From an uncultured Hyphomicrobiales bacterium (GTDB taxonomy: Bacteria; Bacteroidota; Ignavibacteria; Kapaibacteriales; UBA2268): 64,000 bases of DNA. The notes beneath the pieces were generated by a model that had not been told where the DNA came from, searched no databases, and saw only the letters and a list, made by a program, of their open reading frames with translations. The stretch covers positions 56,698 to 120,697 of the forward strand of contig CAZXYS010000005.1 in NCBI GenBank assembly GCA_964645005.1, written 5' to 3'. The translations under genes and the position numbers were made by a program. Below are positions 46,829 to 56,493 of the stretch, piece by piece. How positions within the stretch are numbered: the first letter of the stretch is position 1; each line of letters opens with the position of its first letter.

Positions 46829-47316
46829 CTCTTCTATTTCTTGAACTGTTTCAAGTTAATTGTTGTGATGGATTCTATTGAAATATGCGGGTTTATTATA
46901 AAATCTGATAAATAAATGAAGATTGGCGAATGAAGAAATAACGGAATAGGGTTTGCTAATTAGTTTATTAACAGTTATTTGACAATCACCAATCTTCTGG
47001 TTTTCATATTTGTCGGCGTTTGAAGCATCAAGATATATGTGCCGGACAAAATTCATCTGTATTCATATTTATAATAAGCTTTTTATTACATGACACATGA
47101 GATTGTAAAAGGTCTCAGAATTTTTTAATTATCCAAAAATTTGAATATACCTTTTGAATTAAATGGATTATTTATGGTATGAAAATAATAAAAGAAGTTT
47201 TTATTAAAATTAAATGAAAATAAAATTATTTATTTATTAAAATTTCTTGACTTTATATTAATTTTTGTGTAACTTTGAAAAGTGTTTATTATGAATAAAA
47301 ATTATGATAAAGGATC

Positions 47317-48405
47317 ATGAAGCACATTTCTTCAATATTACTGGCAATTTTAATTGTGGCTTTCCCACTTAAAAGCCAAACAGTTGAGGAAAACCTGAAA
47401 GTTATCATCAATGTGAAAGATGAGATGAAGCATCCCGTGGCACACACTGATTTCAAGATTAAAAATATTGCCAGTGAAAAAGAATATGATGCTTCGACAA
47501 ATGAAGAAGGTGTTCATGAGGTCGAGCTAAAAAAAGGAGATATGCATCAGGTGACTTTCAGTGAGAAAAATCAGGAAATCTCCTATAGTTTCAGAGTGCC
47601 GAACAAAAACAGACTTGAATCTTACAGTCTGGTCTGCAGACTTCCGGTCAATATAAGCGGCAAAGAAGCGGCTGAATTTGATTTAAATGGAAAAAAACCG
47701 CAGGAAAAAGAGATATCAGTGATATTACAGAATCAAGAAGGGAAATTGCTGAAAGAACACGATTTTAAATTATTCGGGGATGACAGTACGCTTATAGATA
47801 ATTTGAGAACTGATCCGCATGGCAGAACTGAAATAAAACTCATGGAAGCTCAGAGATATTTTGTTACGACACGAGTATATGGCGAAGAATACATGGATGA
47901 TTTCATTATCGATCCTGATGCTGATATTTATACATATCGTTTGCTCCTTCCTTTCTCAAGGCAGCATCATCCGGATGATCCCTGGAATAAGGCAATGGAA
48001 AATGTTTCTTACGGGAAAAAGATGCCCTCAGATTCCCCTATGAAAACGGGAGGAAAATATAAACGCTCTTTCGTCCTGAGGGATGTGCATTTTGCATCAG
48101 GTAGTTATGAGATTACACCGAAATCATATCCGTCTCTCGATCGCTTTGCGGAGAAAATGATCGCAAATCCGGATATGATAGTAGAAATAGCAGGACACAC
48201 AGACAGGGTAGGTACAAACGAAAACAATATGGTGCTCTCACAAAACAGAGCTGAAGCGATTGTGAATTATCTCGTTGACAAGGGAGTTGAAAGACATCGC
48301 ATGACTCCTGTTGGATACGGCGAAGAACAACCGATAGCAACTAACGAAACTGCGGCGGGACGCGCTAAGAACAGAAGAAGCGAAGTCAGAGTAATCGATG
48401 AATAA
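47317..48405 (+). CDS. OmpA-family protein (N-terminal beta-sandwich repeats plus OmpA_C peptidoglycan-binding domain)
   Basis: Signal peptide. C-terminal GHTDRVGTNENNMVLSQNRAEAIVNYLVDKGV...GYGEEQPIATNETAAGRAKNRRSEVRV. Confidence 0.82.
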   Translation: MKHISSILLAILIVAFPLKSQTVEENLKVIINVKDEMKHPVAHTDFKIKNIASEKEYDASTNEEGVHEVELKKGDMHQVTFSEKNQEISYSFRVPNKNRLESYSLVCRLPVNISGKEAAEFDLNGKKPQEKEISVILQNQEGKLLKEHDFKLFGDDSTLIDNLRTDPHGRTEIKLMEAQRYFVTTRVYGEEYMDDFIIDPDADIYTYRLLLPFSRQHHPDDPWNKAMENVSYGKKMPSDSPMKTGGKYKRSFVLRDVHFASGSYEITPKSYPSLDRFAEKMIANPDMIVEIAGHTDRVGTNENNMVLSQNRAEAIVNYLVDKGVERHRMTPVGYGEEQPIATNETAAGRAKNRRSEVRVIDE

Positions 48406-48482
48406 TTTTCTATTACCAGCTTAGGGGGGGATTGATTACGTTTATCGTAATTCAATTGAAGCCGGTTCGACTCCGGCAGACA

Positions 48483-48513
48483 GCGCCGAAAATTTTCGGC
48501 GCTTCTTTTTTTT
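48483..48513 (+). terminator. Rho-independent terminator
   Basis: gcgccgaaa (48483-48491) / tttcggcgc (48494-48502) followed by ttcTTTTTTTT. Confidence 0.8.
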
Positions 48514-48604
48514 ATCATGCTAAACAAATTTTTAATTCTCGATGAATATTCATATTTTTGTGTCGAATTTACCAAAATGACTATTAAAAAATCTGATCCG
48601 GAGA

Positions 48605-49864
48605 ATGTACAAAAAATTTTACTACCTGTTAGCGTTAACTTTGATTTTACTTATAGTTTTCGCTATTCTTGATAAAGCTGCCATAAATACATCAACTCCC
48701 CCGGAAATTATTGAAACTACTACGAAAAAAGAAGAAATCAAGCCGGAGCCGGATGAATTTGGTTTGATCGATGAGGATTATGAAAAGAAAACCGGTAAGG
48801 TCGAGCACAATCAGTTCCTTTCGGATATTTTACAGAAATATAATATTGAATATCAAACAATAGACAAATTAGTAAAAAAGTGTGATTCGGTATTTGACAT
48901 TAAATCCATACGTGCCGGGAACAGGTATGTTGCTTATATGAACGATGATTCGGTATCAAAAACCGACTATTTTGTTTACGAAATAACGCCAATATCTTAT
49001 GTAATCTTTGATTTCAGGGATACCATAAATATAATAAGAGGCGAAAAGGAAGTAGATGTCAGAATAAAAAAAGCCAGTGGTGTTATTAATACTTCCCTCT
49101 GGGTGGATATGACAGAACAGGGACAAGACCCGTATCTTGCAGTTATGTTATCAGAAGTTTATGCCTGGACGGTGGACTTTTTCGGAATTCAAAAGGGTGA
49201 CTGCTACAAAGTAATTTACGAAGAAAAATATGTTGATGATGAAAAGGTTGGCTTCGGAAGAATCCTGGCGGCGTATTTTGGTCACTATGACAAAGATCTA
49301 TATGCTTTCCACTTTGACAAGGAAAACGGTGAATACTTTGATGAAAATGGTAAAAGCCTGAAGAGAAAATTTCTCAAGTCGCCGTTGAGCTATAGCCGTA
49401 TTAGTTCCGGCTTTTCGAACAGCAGGCTTCATCCTATCCTCAAGGTGCGCAGACCTCATCACGGTGTGGATTACGCAGCACCGAGAGGCACTCCGGTACA
49501 TACAGTAGCCGACGGTACCGTTGTATATGCCGGATACAGCGGCGGCGCTGGCAGAATGGTCAAAATCAGGCATAACGGCACTTCATTTTTAACAAAATAT
49601 TTACATCTTAGCAGATTTGCAAAGGGTATTCGAAGCGGTGCCCGTGTAAACCAAGGACAGACGATAGGCTATGTCGGCAGCACGGGACTTTCCACAGGAC
49701 CTCATTTGGATTTCAGAGTATATCGCAGCGGCAGCCCGATAAATCCCCTTAAACTTGATCCGCCGCCACTTGAACCCGTCAAAGCAAAATATAAGGAAGA
49801 ATACGAGGCTCATGTCGGAAAATGGCGTGCAAAGCTGGATAGTATAAATATACCCGCAGTGTAG
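48605..49864 (+). CDS. M23-family metallopeptidase (LytM/NlpD-like)
   Basis: N-terminal membrane anchor; HHGVDYAAPRGTPV and GSTGLSTGPHLDF zinc-ligand motifs. Confidence 0.87.
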   Translation: MYKKFYYLLALTLILLIVFAILDKAAINTSTPPEIIETTTKKEEIKPEPDEFGLIDEDYEKKTGKVEHNQFLSDILQKYNIEYQTIDKLVKKCDSVFDIKSIRAGNRYVAYMNDDSVSKTDYFVYEITPISYVIFDFRDTINIIRGEKEVDVRIKKASGVINTSLWVDMTEQGQDPYLAVMLSEVYAWTVDFFGIQKGDCYKVIYEEKYVDDEKVGFGRILAAYFGHYDKDLYAFHFDKENGEYFDENGKSLKRKFLKSPLSYSRISSGFSNSRLHPILKVRRPHHGVDYAAPRGTPVHTVADGTVVYAGYSGGAGRMVKIRHNGTSFLTKYLHLSRFAKGIRSGARVNQGQTIGYVGSTGLSTGPHLDFRVYRSGSPINPLKLDPPPLEPVKAKYKEEYEAHVGKWRAKLDSINIPAV

Positions 49865-49921
49865 GAATAATATTGCGAATAACACAGATGAAGCTGTCTC
49901 TTAAGCAGGAATATCAGATCA

Positions 49922-49981
49922 CACTTCGACTCCGCTCAGTGCGAGACGCCTCTGTCATCATGAGCAAATTCGAAGTTTGAC
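49922..49981 (+). repeat. Composite ~60-nt dispersed intergenic repeat (copy 2 of 2)
   Basis: cacttcgactccgctcagtgcgagac...gtcatcatgagcaaattcgaagtttgac; see 6998-7057. Confidence 0.7.
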
Positions 49982-50138
49982 TGCTTTTTATTATTTATCG
50001 GACAGCCTAATCTGAAGCATAATCCATTAATATTTATGTATTTACAGCGTTAACCATTATTCTTTAATAGTTAACTTTTTCCAAAATGAACGAATTCTAT
50101 AAAAGTAAAATCCTTTTAAAATAATTCAGTAGAAATAT

Positions 50139-51125
50139 ATGTTAGAGTACAGACAGGATCCTTTAACCAAAGAATGGGTAATAATTTCGACAGAACGCGG
50201 CACTCGACCGAGCGATTTTACATTCCCCGATGAACCGAAGACCGATCCGGCGAAATGTCCCTTCTGTCCGGGAAATGAAGATATGACGCCGGATACAATC
50301 CTATCAAAAGAAAAAAATGGTAAATGGCAGCTCAGGGTAGTTCCCAACAAATTTGCGGTAGTGAAGCCCGAAAATGATGTCGGCAGGATTGTCGAAGGCT
50401 TGAACAGGAAAATTCCCGGCTATGGCTTCCATGAAGTCGTCATCGAGACACGGGATCACAGCCGACATCCCGCGCTGATGACAGTAGCCGAAGTTACGGA
50501 CATCGTCGAAGTTTACCACAAACGCTACAACCAATTGCTGAAAGAACCGGGGATAGAGCTGGTGACGGTTTTCAGGAATCACGGCAGGTCTGCGGGGACA
50601 TCTCTGGTGCATCCCCACTCGCAGATAGTAGCCACGCCTATTATTCCTTACTACCTAAGGCATAAAATCCTGCAAACAATGAACTATTACGATGACACGG
50701 GACACTGCATTTTCTGCGACCTCATCCGGCAGGAAAGGGAATTGAAGGAACGTATAATCTATGAGAATGACGAATTCGTGGTATTTGCATCATTTGCGGC
50801 GAAGCGACCTTATGAGTTACTCATTATCCCGAAGCGCCACAAAGCCAGCTTCGGCAAGACCAACCGGCAGGAAAGGCAGTCACTTGGCAGAGTCCTGCGC
50901 GACACTCTTAAGAGAATGTATCTCGCTCTGAAAAATCCCGATTATAATCTCATCATCCATTCAGCGCCATACCAAGAAGACCCGGCAGACTATTATCACT
51001 GGCGGATAAGGGTGGTGCCCCGTTTATCCAAGGAAGCAGGTTTTGAGATGGGATCAGGTATTTTCGTTAATACTACAAGTCCCGAGCAGAGTGCTGAGGA
51101 CCTAAGAAGAGTAGAGATAGATTGA
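50139..51125 (+). CDS. galT: Galactose-1-phosphate uridylyltransferase-family (HIT superfamily) nucleotidyltransferase
   Basis: Zinc motif CPFCPGNE and active-site HPHSQI. Could equally be an ADP-glucose-phosphorylase-type member of the family. Confidence 0.8.
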   Translation: MLEYRQDPLTKEWVIISTERGTRPSDFTFPDEPKTDPAKCPFCPGNEDMTPDTILSKEKNGKWQLRVVPNKFAVVKPENDVGRIVEGLNRKIPGYGFHEVVIETRDHSRHPALMTVAEVTDIVEVYHKRYNQLLKEPGIELVTVFRNHGRSAGTSLVHPHSQIVATPIIPYYLRHKILQTMNYYDDTGHCIFCDLIRQERELKERIIYENDEFVVFASFAAKRPYELLIIPKRHKASFGKTNRQERQSLGRVLRDTLKRMYLALKNPDYNLIIHSAPYQEDPADYYHWRIRVVPRLSKEAGFEMGSGIFVNTTSPEQSAEDLRRVEID

Positions 51126-51128
51126 TTT

Positions 51129-51914
51129 TTACCGCGGCACTCGCCACGAAACACCAAAATTAAAGAAACTATCCGCCGCAGCGCCGCTTATGCCAACACC
51201 GGCGGAAGCATCAAGCTGCAGATTATCCAGCAATAGAAATGTGATTCCTGCATCGAACTTATGCTGCGGAAAATGCTGCGAGGGCAGATCGCCGTAAAAT
51301 TCTACGAATGCGCCTGCCATGTCAAATACGGAAAATCCGGCAGCCACAGAGTAGAAACCGGTAAACTCGTCGAAATCGTCATTCACTGCACCGCCGAGAT
51401 TATAGCCTAAAGATAGAAATTCAGTTATGGTATTCGATGCGGCAAATCGGAAATCCACTATGGAATAATCGGGACGGAATTCCTCTGCGCCGGAATATGG
51501 CAGCTTGAAATGGAAAAGGAAAGCAGTTTCTGGCATCAGCCCTTCTTCTTCGGATATTTCCGCTTTCAATCCAAAGAAAAACGGAGCCATACCTTCGATT
51601 ATCTCTTCTTTTCTATCTTCGGTGAATTCGGTGATATTCCTGGTATATTCCCCGCCGAGACGAAGCTCGAAACCATCGAGAATTCCATAGCGGAAAAGCG
51701 TCGCAGCTATAGCAAAATTCTTAAATTCAACATCGTTGGCTTTATCTGTTTCCTTAACAAAGCCTGTTTCAATCTGTAGATGATTCTTTGGCACTACCGA
51801 TGATGATTCGGTCTGGTCTGGTCGGTCGGTGACGAGGTCGGGCGGCTCGGTCGACTTTTGGGCGAAAACTGAGTAGGAAATAAAAATGAGTAATATTAAT
51901 GTATGTTTGTGCAT
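51129..51914 (-). CDS. Outer-membrane transporter-like beta-barrel (MetA-pathway/phenol-degradation-like family)
   Basis: Signal peptide, DRPDQTESSSVVPKNHLQIETGF N-terminal signature, beta-strand pattern. Convergent with galT, 3-nt gap. Confidence 0.6.
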   Translation of the reverse strand: MHKHTLILLIFISYSVFAQKSTEPPDLVTDRPDQTESSSVVPKNHLQIETGFVKETDKANDVEFKNFAIAATLFRYGILDGFELRLGGEYTRNITEFTEDRKEEIIEGMAPFFFGLKAEISEEEGLMPETAFLFHFKLPYSGAEEFRPDYSIVDFRFAASNTITEFLSLGYNLGGAVNDDFDEFTGFYSVAAGFSVFDMAGAFVEFYGDLPSQHFPQHKFDAGITFLLLDNLQLDASAGVGISGAAADSFFNFGVSWRVPR

Positions 51915-51952
51915 GAAGCTAAACTCCTTATGAATTATAATTTTAAATATTA

Positions 51953-53251
51953 TTAGCAGTCAGGAATAATCTTAGAATTATTTAAAAACTTATTCTTATA
52001 TTTAAAATCCTGCGAAGTATCTACATCGACAAGATCATTTTTAATTAAATGTGCATTTATTAAAGTTCTGTTTTTCAAATATAAATAGCAATACAAGTTA
52101 TTCTGTTCATCATATTTTTGATTATCATATTTCAAGAATACTTTTTCCCCTCTTACTTTTTTCTCTAAAAAGTTAATAGCTTCTTCTCTGATGTTTTCTT
52201 TCGTCTTAACGCCGATTAATTTTATTGGTAAGCCGTTGTTTAAAATTAACTTATCAGGAGAAATTATGTCTTTTACTGTATAATATTCTTCTCTTTGATA
52301 ATTTTTATCATCAATTTTAGAGCCAAACTTCAAAGATTTAGGATCTATTTTATTATTGAATTTCTTTGGATCATTGAACTTATATGGTAATGAATTTATT
52401 CGAGAATTAAAATCAAATCTTTTATTTCCTTGTTCATTAAATTCAAACTCAGCAGCGCTAAATATTGAGTTCGAGTTAATATCAAGTTTTTCCTTGATAA
52501 ATTTCAAATAATCAGGGTTAATCTCATAGCCTATTGAGTTCCTATCAAGATTTTTAGCAGCTAAAGATGTAGTGCCGCTGCCGAGAAACGGATCGAGAAC
52601 CGTATCGCCGGCAAAAGAAAACATCTTGATAAGTCGTGCCGGCAACTCTTCAGGGAACATAGCTAGATGATCTTCCTGCTTTACACCGCTAAAATTCCAA
52701 TGACCTGAAAAATACTCATTCCATTCATCCTTGGTCATTTTTGATTTTTCTTTGATCTCATGGCTTACTTTTGGAGGTTTGCCCGGCTTTTTGAATAATA
52801 ATATAAATTCATAATCTATTTTTAATATTCCATTTCTCGGATAAGGAAAAGAACCCATAACCGCAGCGCCTCCGGTCGTATTCGATGTTGTAACTTTTTG
52901 CCAAATTATTGCTCCCATGTAATCAAAACCTATTGTCTCGCAAAATTTGATAATCTCTGTTCGGATAGGTATCACTTTATAGCGCCCATAATATACGGCT
53001 CTGGCAAATTGGTCTCCTATATTGATGCATAACCTGCAGCTATCTTGCAATACCCTGTGGCATTCTTGCCAGACCAGATTCAAATTATTTATGTAACTTT
53101 CATAGCTTTCGTTATATCCAATCTGGTTGGACTGTCCATAATCTTTTAATTGCCAATATGGCGGTGATGTAATAATTAGATGAACGGACTTATCTCCGAC
53201 CTCATCCATACATCTGCTGTCGCCTGTAATTATTATGTGCTTCGTATTCAT
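51953..53251 (-). CDS. Orphan beta-class N4/N6 DNA methyltransferase fused to a degenerate SNase (thermonuclease)-like C-terminal domain
   Basis: Motif IV IITSPPYW lies N-terminal to the AdoMet motif VLDPFLGSGTT (beta-class order). The C-terminal ~110 aa follow the SNase fold pattern (VKDIISPDKL.., IKLIGVKTKE, AINFLEKKVRGEKVFL, NLYCYLYL, NAHLIKNDLVDV). Confidence 0.8.
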   Translation of the reverse strand: MNTKHIIITGDSRCMDEVGDKSVHLIITSPPYWQLKDYGQSNQIGYNESYESYINNLNLVWQECHRVLQDSCRLCINIGDQFARAVYYGRYKVIPIRTEIIKFCETIGFDYMGAIIWQKVTTSNTTGGAAVMGSFPYPRNGILKIDYEFILLFKKPGKPPKVSHEIKEKSKMTKDEWNEYFSGHWNFSGVKQEDHLAMFPEELPARLIKMFSFAGDTVLDPFLGSGTTSLAAKNLDRNSIGYEINPDYLKFIKEKLDINSNSIFSAAEFEFNEQGNKRFDFNSRINSLPYKFNDPKKFNNKIDPKSLKFGSKIDDKNYQREEYYTVKDIISPDKLILNNGLPIKLIGVKTKENIREEAINFLEKKVRGEKVFLKYDNQKYDEQNNLYCYLYLKNRTLINAHLIKNDLVDVDTSQDFKYKNKFLNNSKIIPDC

Positions 53252-53413
53252 GTTATATTCACATTTTTTATTTAATAATCAGCTAATAATAGAATGAATA
53301 TTTTAATTAATCAATATACCAATATCGCAAAATTTTTCCGAAAAACCGAACCTAATATAAAAATCCCACCTCGCTATAAAGATGGGATTTGCAGGTAATT
53401 ATATTCCCAGGAA

Positions 53414-54868
53414 TTATATTACCGGAAGTTCTTCCGGTGCGTTAGTAAGATATTTGCCGCCGTTTTTAGTGACGAAGATGTCGTCTTCCACCCTGATGCC
53501 AAATTTGCCCGGTAGATAAACGCCTGGTTCTATTGCCAGAACGCATTCGTCGGGTATTATCTGATCTGATTTTCTGAAAGTGATTATCGGTTTTTCGTGG
53601 GTTATGATACCTAAGCCGTGACCTAGAGAATGTTGGAAGTTGTCGCCGAAACCGGCTTTTTTGACTATGTCGCGTGCGACAGCGTCGAGGTGTTTGCCGT
53701 TCATTCCCGGACGCACCTGCGAGCAAGCTGCTTTCTGTGCCTGTCTCAGCATCTTGTAAATATCTTTCTGCTCTTTTGTGGCTTTGCCTATTACGAAAGT
53801 CCGGGTTATGTCCGAGCGGAAGCCATTAACCACGCAGCCAAAATCGAGCAGGATGATCTCATTTTTCTTTATTTTCTTATCGCTCGGTTGACCGTGTACC
53901 AAGGCGGCACGCGGACCGCTAACGGCTATAATGGGGAAGGCATCGCCCTCTGAGCCGTGCAGCCTGCTCTGATGAGCTATCTCGGTAGCTAATTCTTTTT
54001 CCGTCATTCCCGGCTGAATGAAATCGAGGATCTTGTTGTAAACATCTTCAGCCATTTTGCAGGCTTTTTTGATGTTTTCAAGCTCTTCAGGCGCTTTCGG
54101 GCGTGTAAATCGCTCAATCTCGTCAGGCGAGGGTTTGAACTTCACCGGACGGATCCTGTTTCTGATCTCAACTGCTTCACCGTATGGTAATGAATCCGCT
54201 TCAAAAGCAAGAGAATTTACATTTTTGAATACTTTATTTTTCTTTGCTGTTTCCCAAACATCTCGGGTTATGTGAATATGCAGATTAGGCAGTGGATAAA
54301 GCTCAGTCTTAACCTGCTCTTCGTATCTGTCATCCGTAAAGAAATGTATTGAATCCTTAAGGATAATAACAATAGCAGATGACCCTGAAAAATTAGTTAT
54401 ATACCTGATATTCGCAATATTGGTAATGACTAATCCATCAACTCTAATGTCCTCAAGTGTAAAACGTAATTGTTCTAACCTCCGCTCTGCCATCTTGGGA
54501 TAACCTTTTTTTGATGTAGTAATATCTTCCTTTTTGGTGGCAGCTTTACTTTCCGGAGCTGTTGTCTTTTTAGCAGTGGATTTTGTTGCTGTTGTCTGCT
54601 TTTTAGTTTCGGGCTGTTTTTTAGCAGTGCTCTGCTTTTTGCTGGCGGGCTGTTTTTTAGCAGTGCTCTGCTTTTTTGCCGGTGACTGCTTTTTTGTGGC
54701 AGTTTGTTTTTGGGTGGTAGACTTCTTTTTTGCAGCAGATTGCTTCTTTGAGGCTGCCGTTTTTTTGGCAGAAGCCGATTTAACAGCAGGTTTCTTTGAT
54801 GCTGTAGTCTTTTTTCCCTTTGTGGTTTTGTTTGATTTGGTTGTTGCTTTTGCCATATTGATCCGCAA
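53414..54868 (-). CDS. pepP: M24B Xaa-Pro aminopeptidase with a ~115-aa Lys/Ala/Thr-rich histone-H1-like N-terminal extension
   Basis: C-terminal pita-bread domain (DFGCVVNGFRSDITRT, HSLGHGLG, EPGVY, VEDD). N-terminal AKKTAASKKQSAAKKKSTTQKQTATKKQSPAKKQSTAKKQPASKKQSTAKKQPETKKQ. Alternative start at 54856. Confidence 0.85.
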   Translation of the reverse strand: MRINMAKATTKSNKTTKGKKTTASKKPAVKSASAKKTAASKKQSAAKKKSTTQKQTATKKQSPAKKQSTAKKQPASKKQSTAKKQPETKKQTTATKSTAKKTTAPESKAATKKEDITTSKKGYPKMAERRLEQLRFTLEDIRVDGLVITNIANIRYITNFSGSSAIVIILKDSIHFFTDDRYEEQVKTELYPLPNLHIHITRDVWETAKKNKVFKNVNSLAFEADSLPYGEAVEIRNRIRPVKFKPSPDEIERFTRPKAPEELENIKKACKMAEDVYNKILDFIQPGMTEKELATEIAHQSRLHGSEGDAFPIIAVSGPRAALVHGQPSDKKIKKNEIILLDFGCVVNGFRSDITRTFVIGKATKEQKDIYKMLRQAQKAACSQVRPGMNGKHLDAVARDIVKKAGFGDNFQHSLGHGLGIITHEKPIITFRKSDQIIPDECVLAIEPGVYLPGKFGIRVEDDIFVTKNGGKYLTNAPEELPVI

Positions 54869-54871
54869 AAA

Positions 54872-56341
54872 TTATTTAACAAAATAATTAGGTGATTCCT
54901 TGGTTATTTTTACATCGTGTGGATGCGACTCTTTGTAAGAAGCAGATGTGATCTGCATGAATCGAGCATTGCTTTTCATCTCGGGAATAGTCCGACAGCC
55001 GCAATATCCCATAGATGCACGCAACCCTCCGATTATCTGGAAAATAGAATCCCGGACACGCCCCTTGAACGGAACCCGTCCTTCAATACCTTCGGGAACG
55101 AGTTTGGAAATATCGCTTTCCATATCCTGGAAGTATCTATCGGAAGATCCTTCAGTCATAGCGCCCAGCGAGCCCATGCCGCGATAGATCTTGTAAGCTC
55201 TGCCTTCGTAGATTATTTTTTCTCCGGGGCTTTCCTCGTGACCGGCGAATATACTGCCAATCATAACCGTATCGGCGCCTGCAGCAATAGCTTTAGCTAC
55301 GTCGCCGGTTTGCTTTATACCGCCGTCGGCTATAACCGGAATATCACGTGTTGCGGCAATTGAAGCAACGTTCATTATCGCGCTCAATTGCGGTACGCCA
55401 ATTCCGGCAATTATCCGTGTTGTGCAGATCGATCCGGGACCAATACCAACCTTGAGTCCGTCCGCGCCCGCTTCTATGAGAGCTTCGGCAGCTTCGGAAG
55501 TAGCGATATTGCCCGCTATTACAGGCATATCAGGATAATTTTCCTTGATCGACTTCAATGTTCTTATAGCGCCTTTCGTGTGCCCGTGCGCAGTATCAAG
55601 GAAAATAGCATCCACAGCCATACTTTTGAGGGCTTCTACCCTTGCTATTGTATCCGGCGTTACCCCGACAGCCGCGCCTACTCTCAGGCGACCGTGCTCG
55701 TCCTTGCAGGCGTTGGGATGCTTTTTCTTCTTCTGGACGTCTTTGAAAGTTATCAATCCCTTGAGAATGTAGTCATTATCGACTACTGGCAGCTTTTCAA
55801 TCCTGTATTTCTGCAGCAATTCCTCTGCATCTGCCAAGGTTGTTCCCTGAGGTACAGTGATGAGATTTTCACTGGTCATATTGTTTTTTATTGTATCCTC
55901 GGGATGGGGATTAAATCTGAGATCGCGGTTGGTAATTATTCCGATCAGTTTTTGATTTTCATCAACAATGGGGATACCGGAAATATGAAATTTTTCCATT
56001 AAATTAAGCGCATCCCGGACAGTCTTGTCAGAGGTAAGCGTTATGGGATCCTGAATCATACCGCTTTCAGAACGCTTCACGCGGTCGACATGCTCTGCCT
56101 GTCTCTTAATGGTTAAATTTTTATGAATTACACCAAGACCGCCTTCGCGCGCTATAGCCATCGCCATGTTGGCTTCGGTAACGGTATCCATTGCGGCGCT
56201 GAGCACGGGGATATTTAATTTTATGTTTTGGGTTAGCAGTGTGGTCGTATCGGCTTCTTTTGGTAAAATCTCGGAATAGTTTGGAATTAGCAGCACATCG
56301 TCGTAAGTTATACCGGCGGATATTATTTTATTTTCAACCAT
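54872..56341 (-). CDS. guaB: Inosine-5'-monophosphate dehydrogenase
   Basis: TIM barrel with a CBS pair insert; active-site [11 protein letters not shown]; [12 protein letters not shown]. Confidence 0.96.
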   Translation of the reverse strand: MVENKIISAGITYDDVLLIPNYSEILPKEADTTTLLTQNIKLNIPVLSAAMDTVTEANMAMAIAREGGLGVIHKNLTIKRQAEHVDRVKRSESGMIQDPITLTSDKTVRDALNLMEKFHISGIPIVDENQKLIGIITNRDLRFNPHPEDTIKNNMTSENLITVPQGTTLADAEELLQKYRIEKLPVVDNDYILKGLITFKDVQKKKKHPNACKDEHGRLRVGAAVGVTPDTIARVEALKSMAVDAIFLDTAHGHTKGAIRTLKSIKENYPDMPVIAGNIATSEAAEALIEAGADGLKVGIGPGSICTTRIIAGIGVPQLSAIMNVASIAATRDIPVIADGGIKQTGDVAKAIAAGADTVMIGSIFAGHEESPGEKIIYEGRAYKIYRGMGSLGAMTEGSSDRYFQDMESDISKLVPEGIEGRVPFKGRVRDSIFQIIGGLRASMGYCGCRTIPEMKSNARFMQITSASYKESHPHDVKITKESPNYFVK

Positions 56342-56493
56342 ATTAAAACCGTATTTTGTCTTAGTTAAATAATTGGAAATAGTAACGAAATTAAAATAGA
56401 ATTATTCTTTTTTACAAAATTAAATAAAAAATCAATACCAAACACAGGTTCAGTATTGATTTTTAAAATTGTGTTAATTTATATTAACAAAAC

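Noticed and set aside
46856-47056. 66-aa minus-strand ORF in the long AT-rich gap
   Set aside because: It has no signal, motif or coding-like composition. A different frame in the same place gives the short T9SS-CTD-like relic reported as a low-confidence finding.
48461-48490. A tRNA or tmRNA gene suggested by GGTTCGACTCCGG
   Set aside because: Only a T-arm and a 3' acceptor-like strand are present. There is no complementary 5' acceptor strand (gctgtct), D arm or anticodon arm upstream, and the upstream sequence is the end of a protein-coding gene. No other tRNA-like sequence was seen in any intergenic region.
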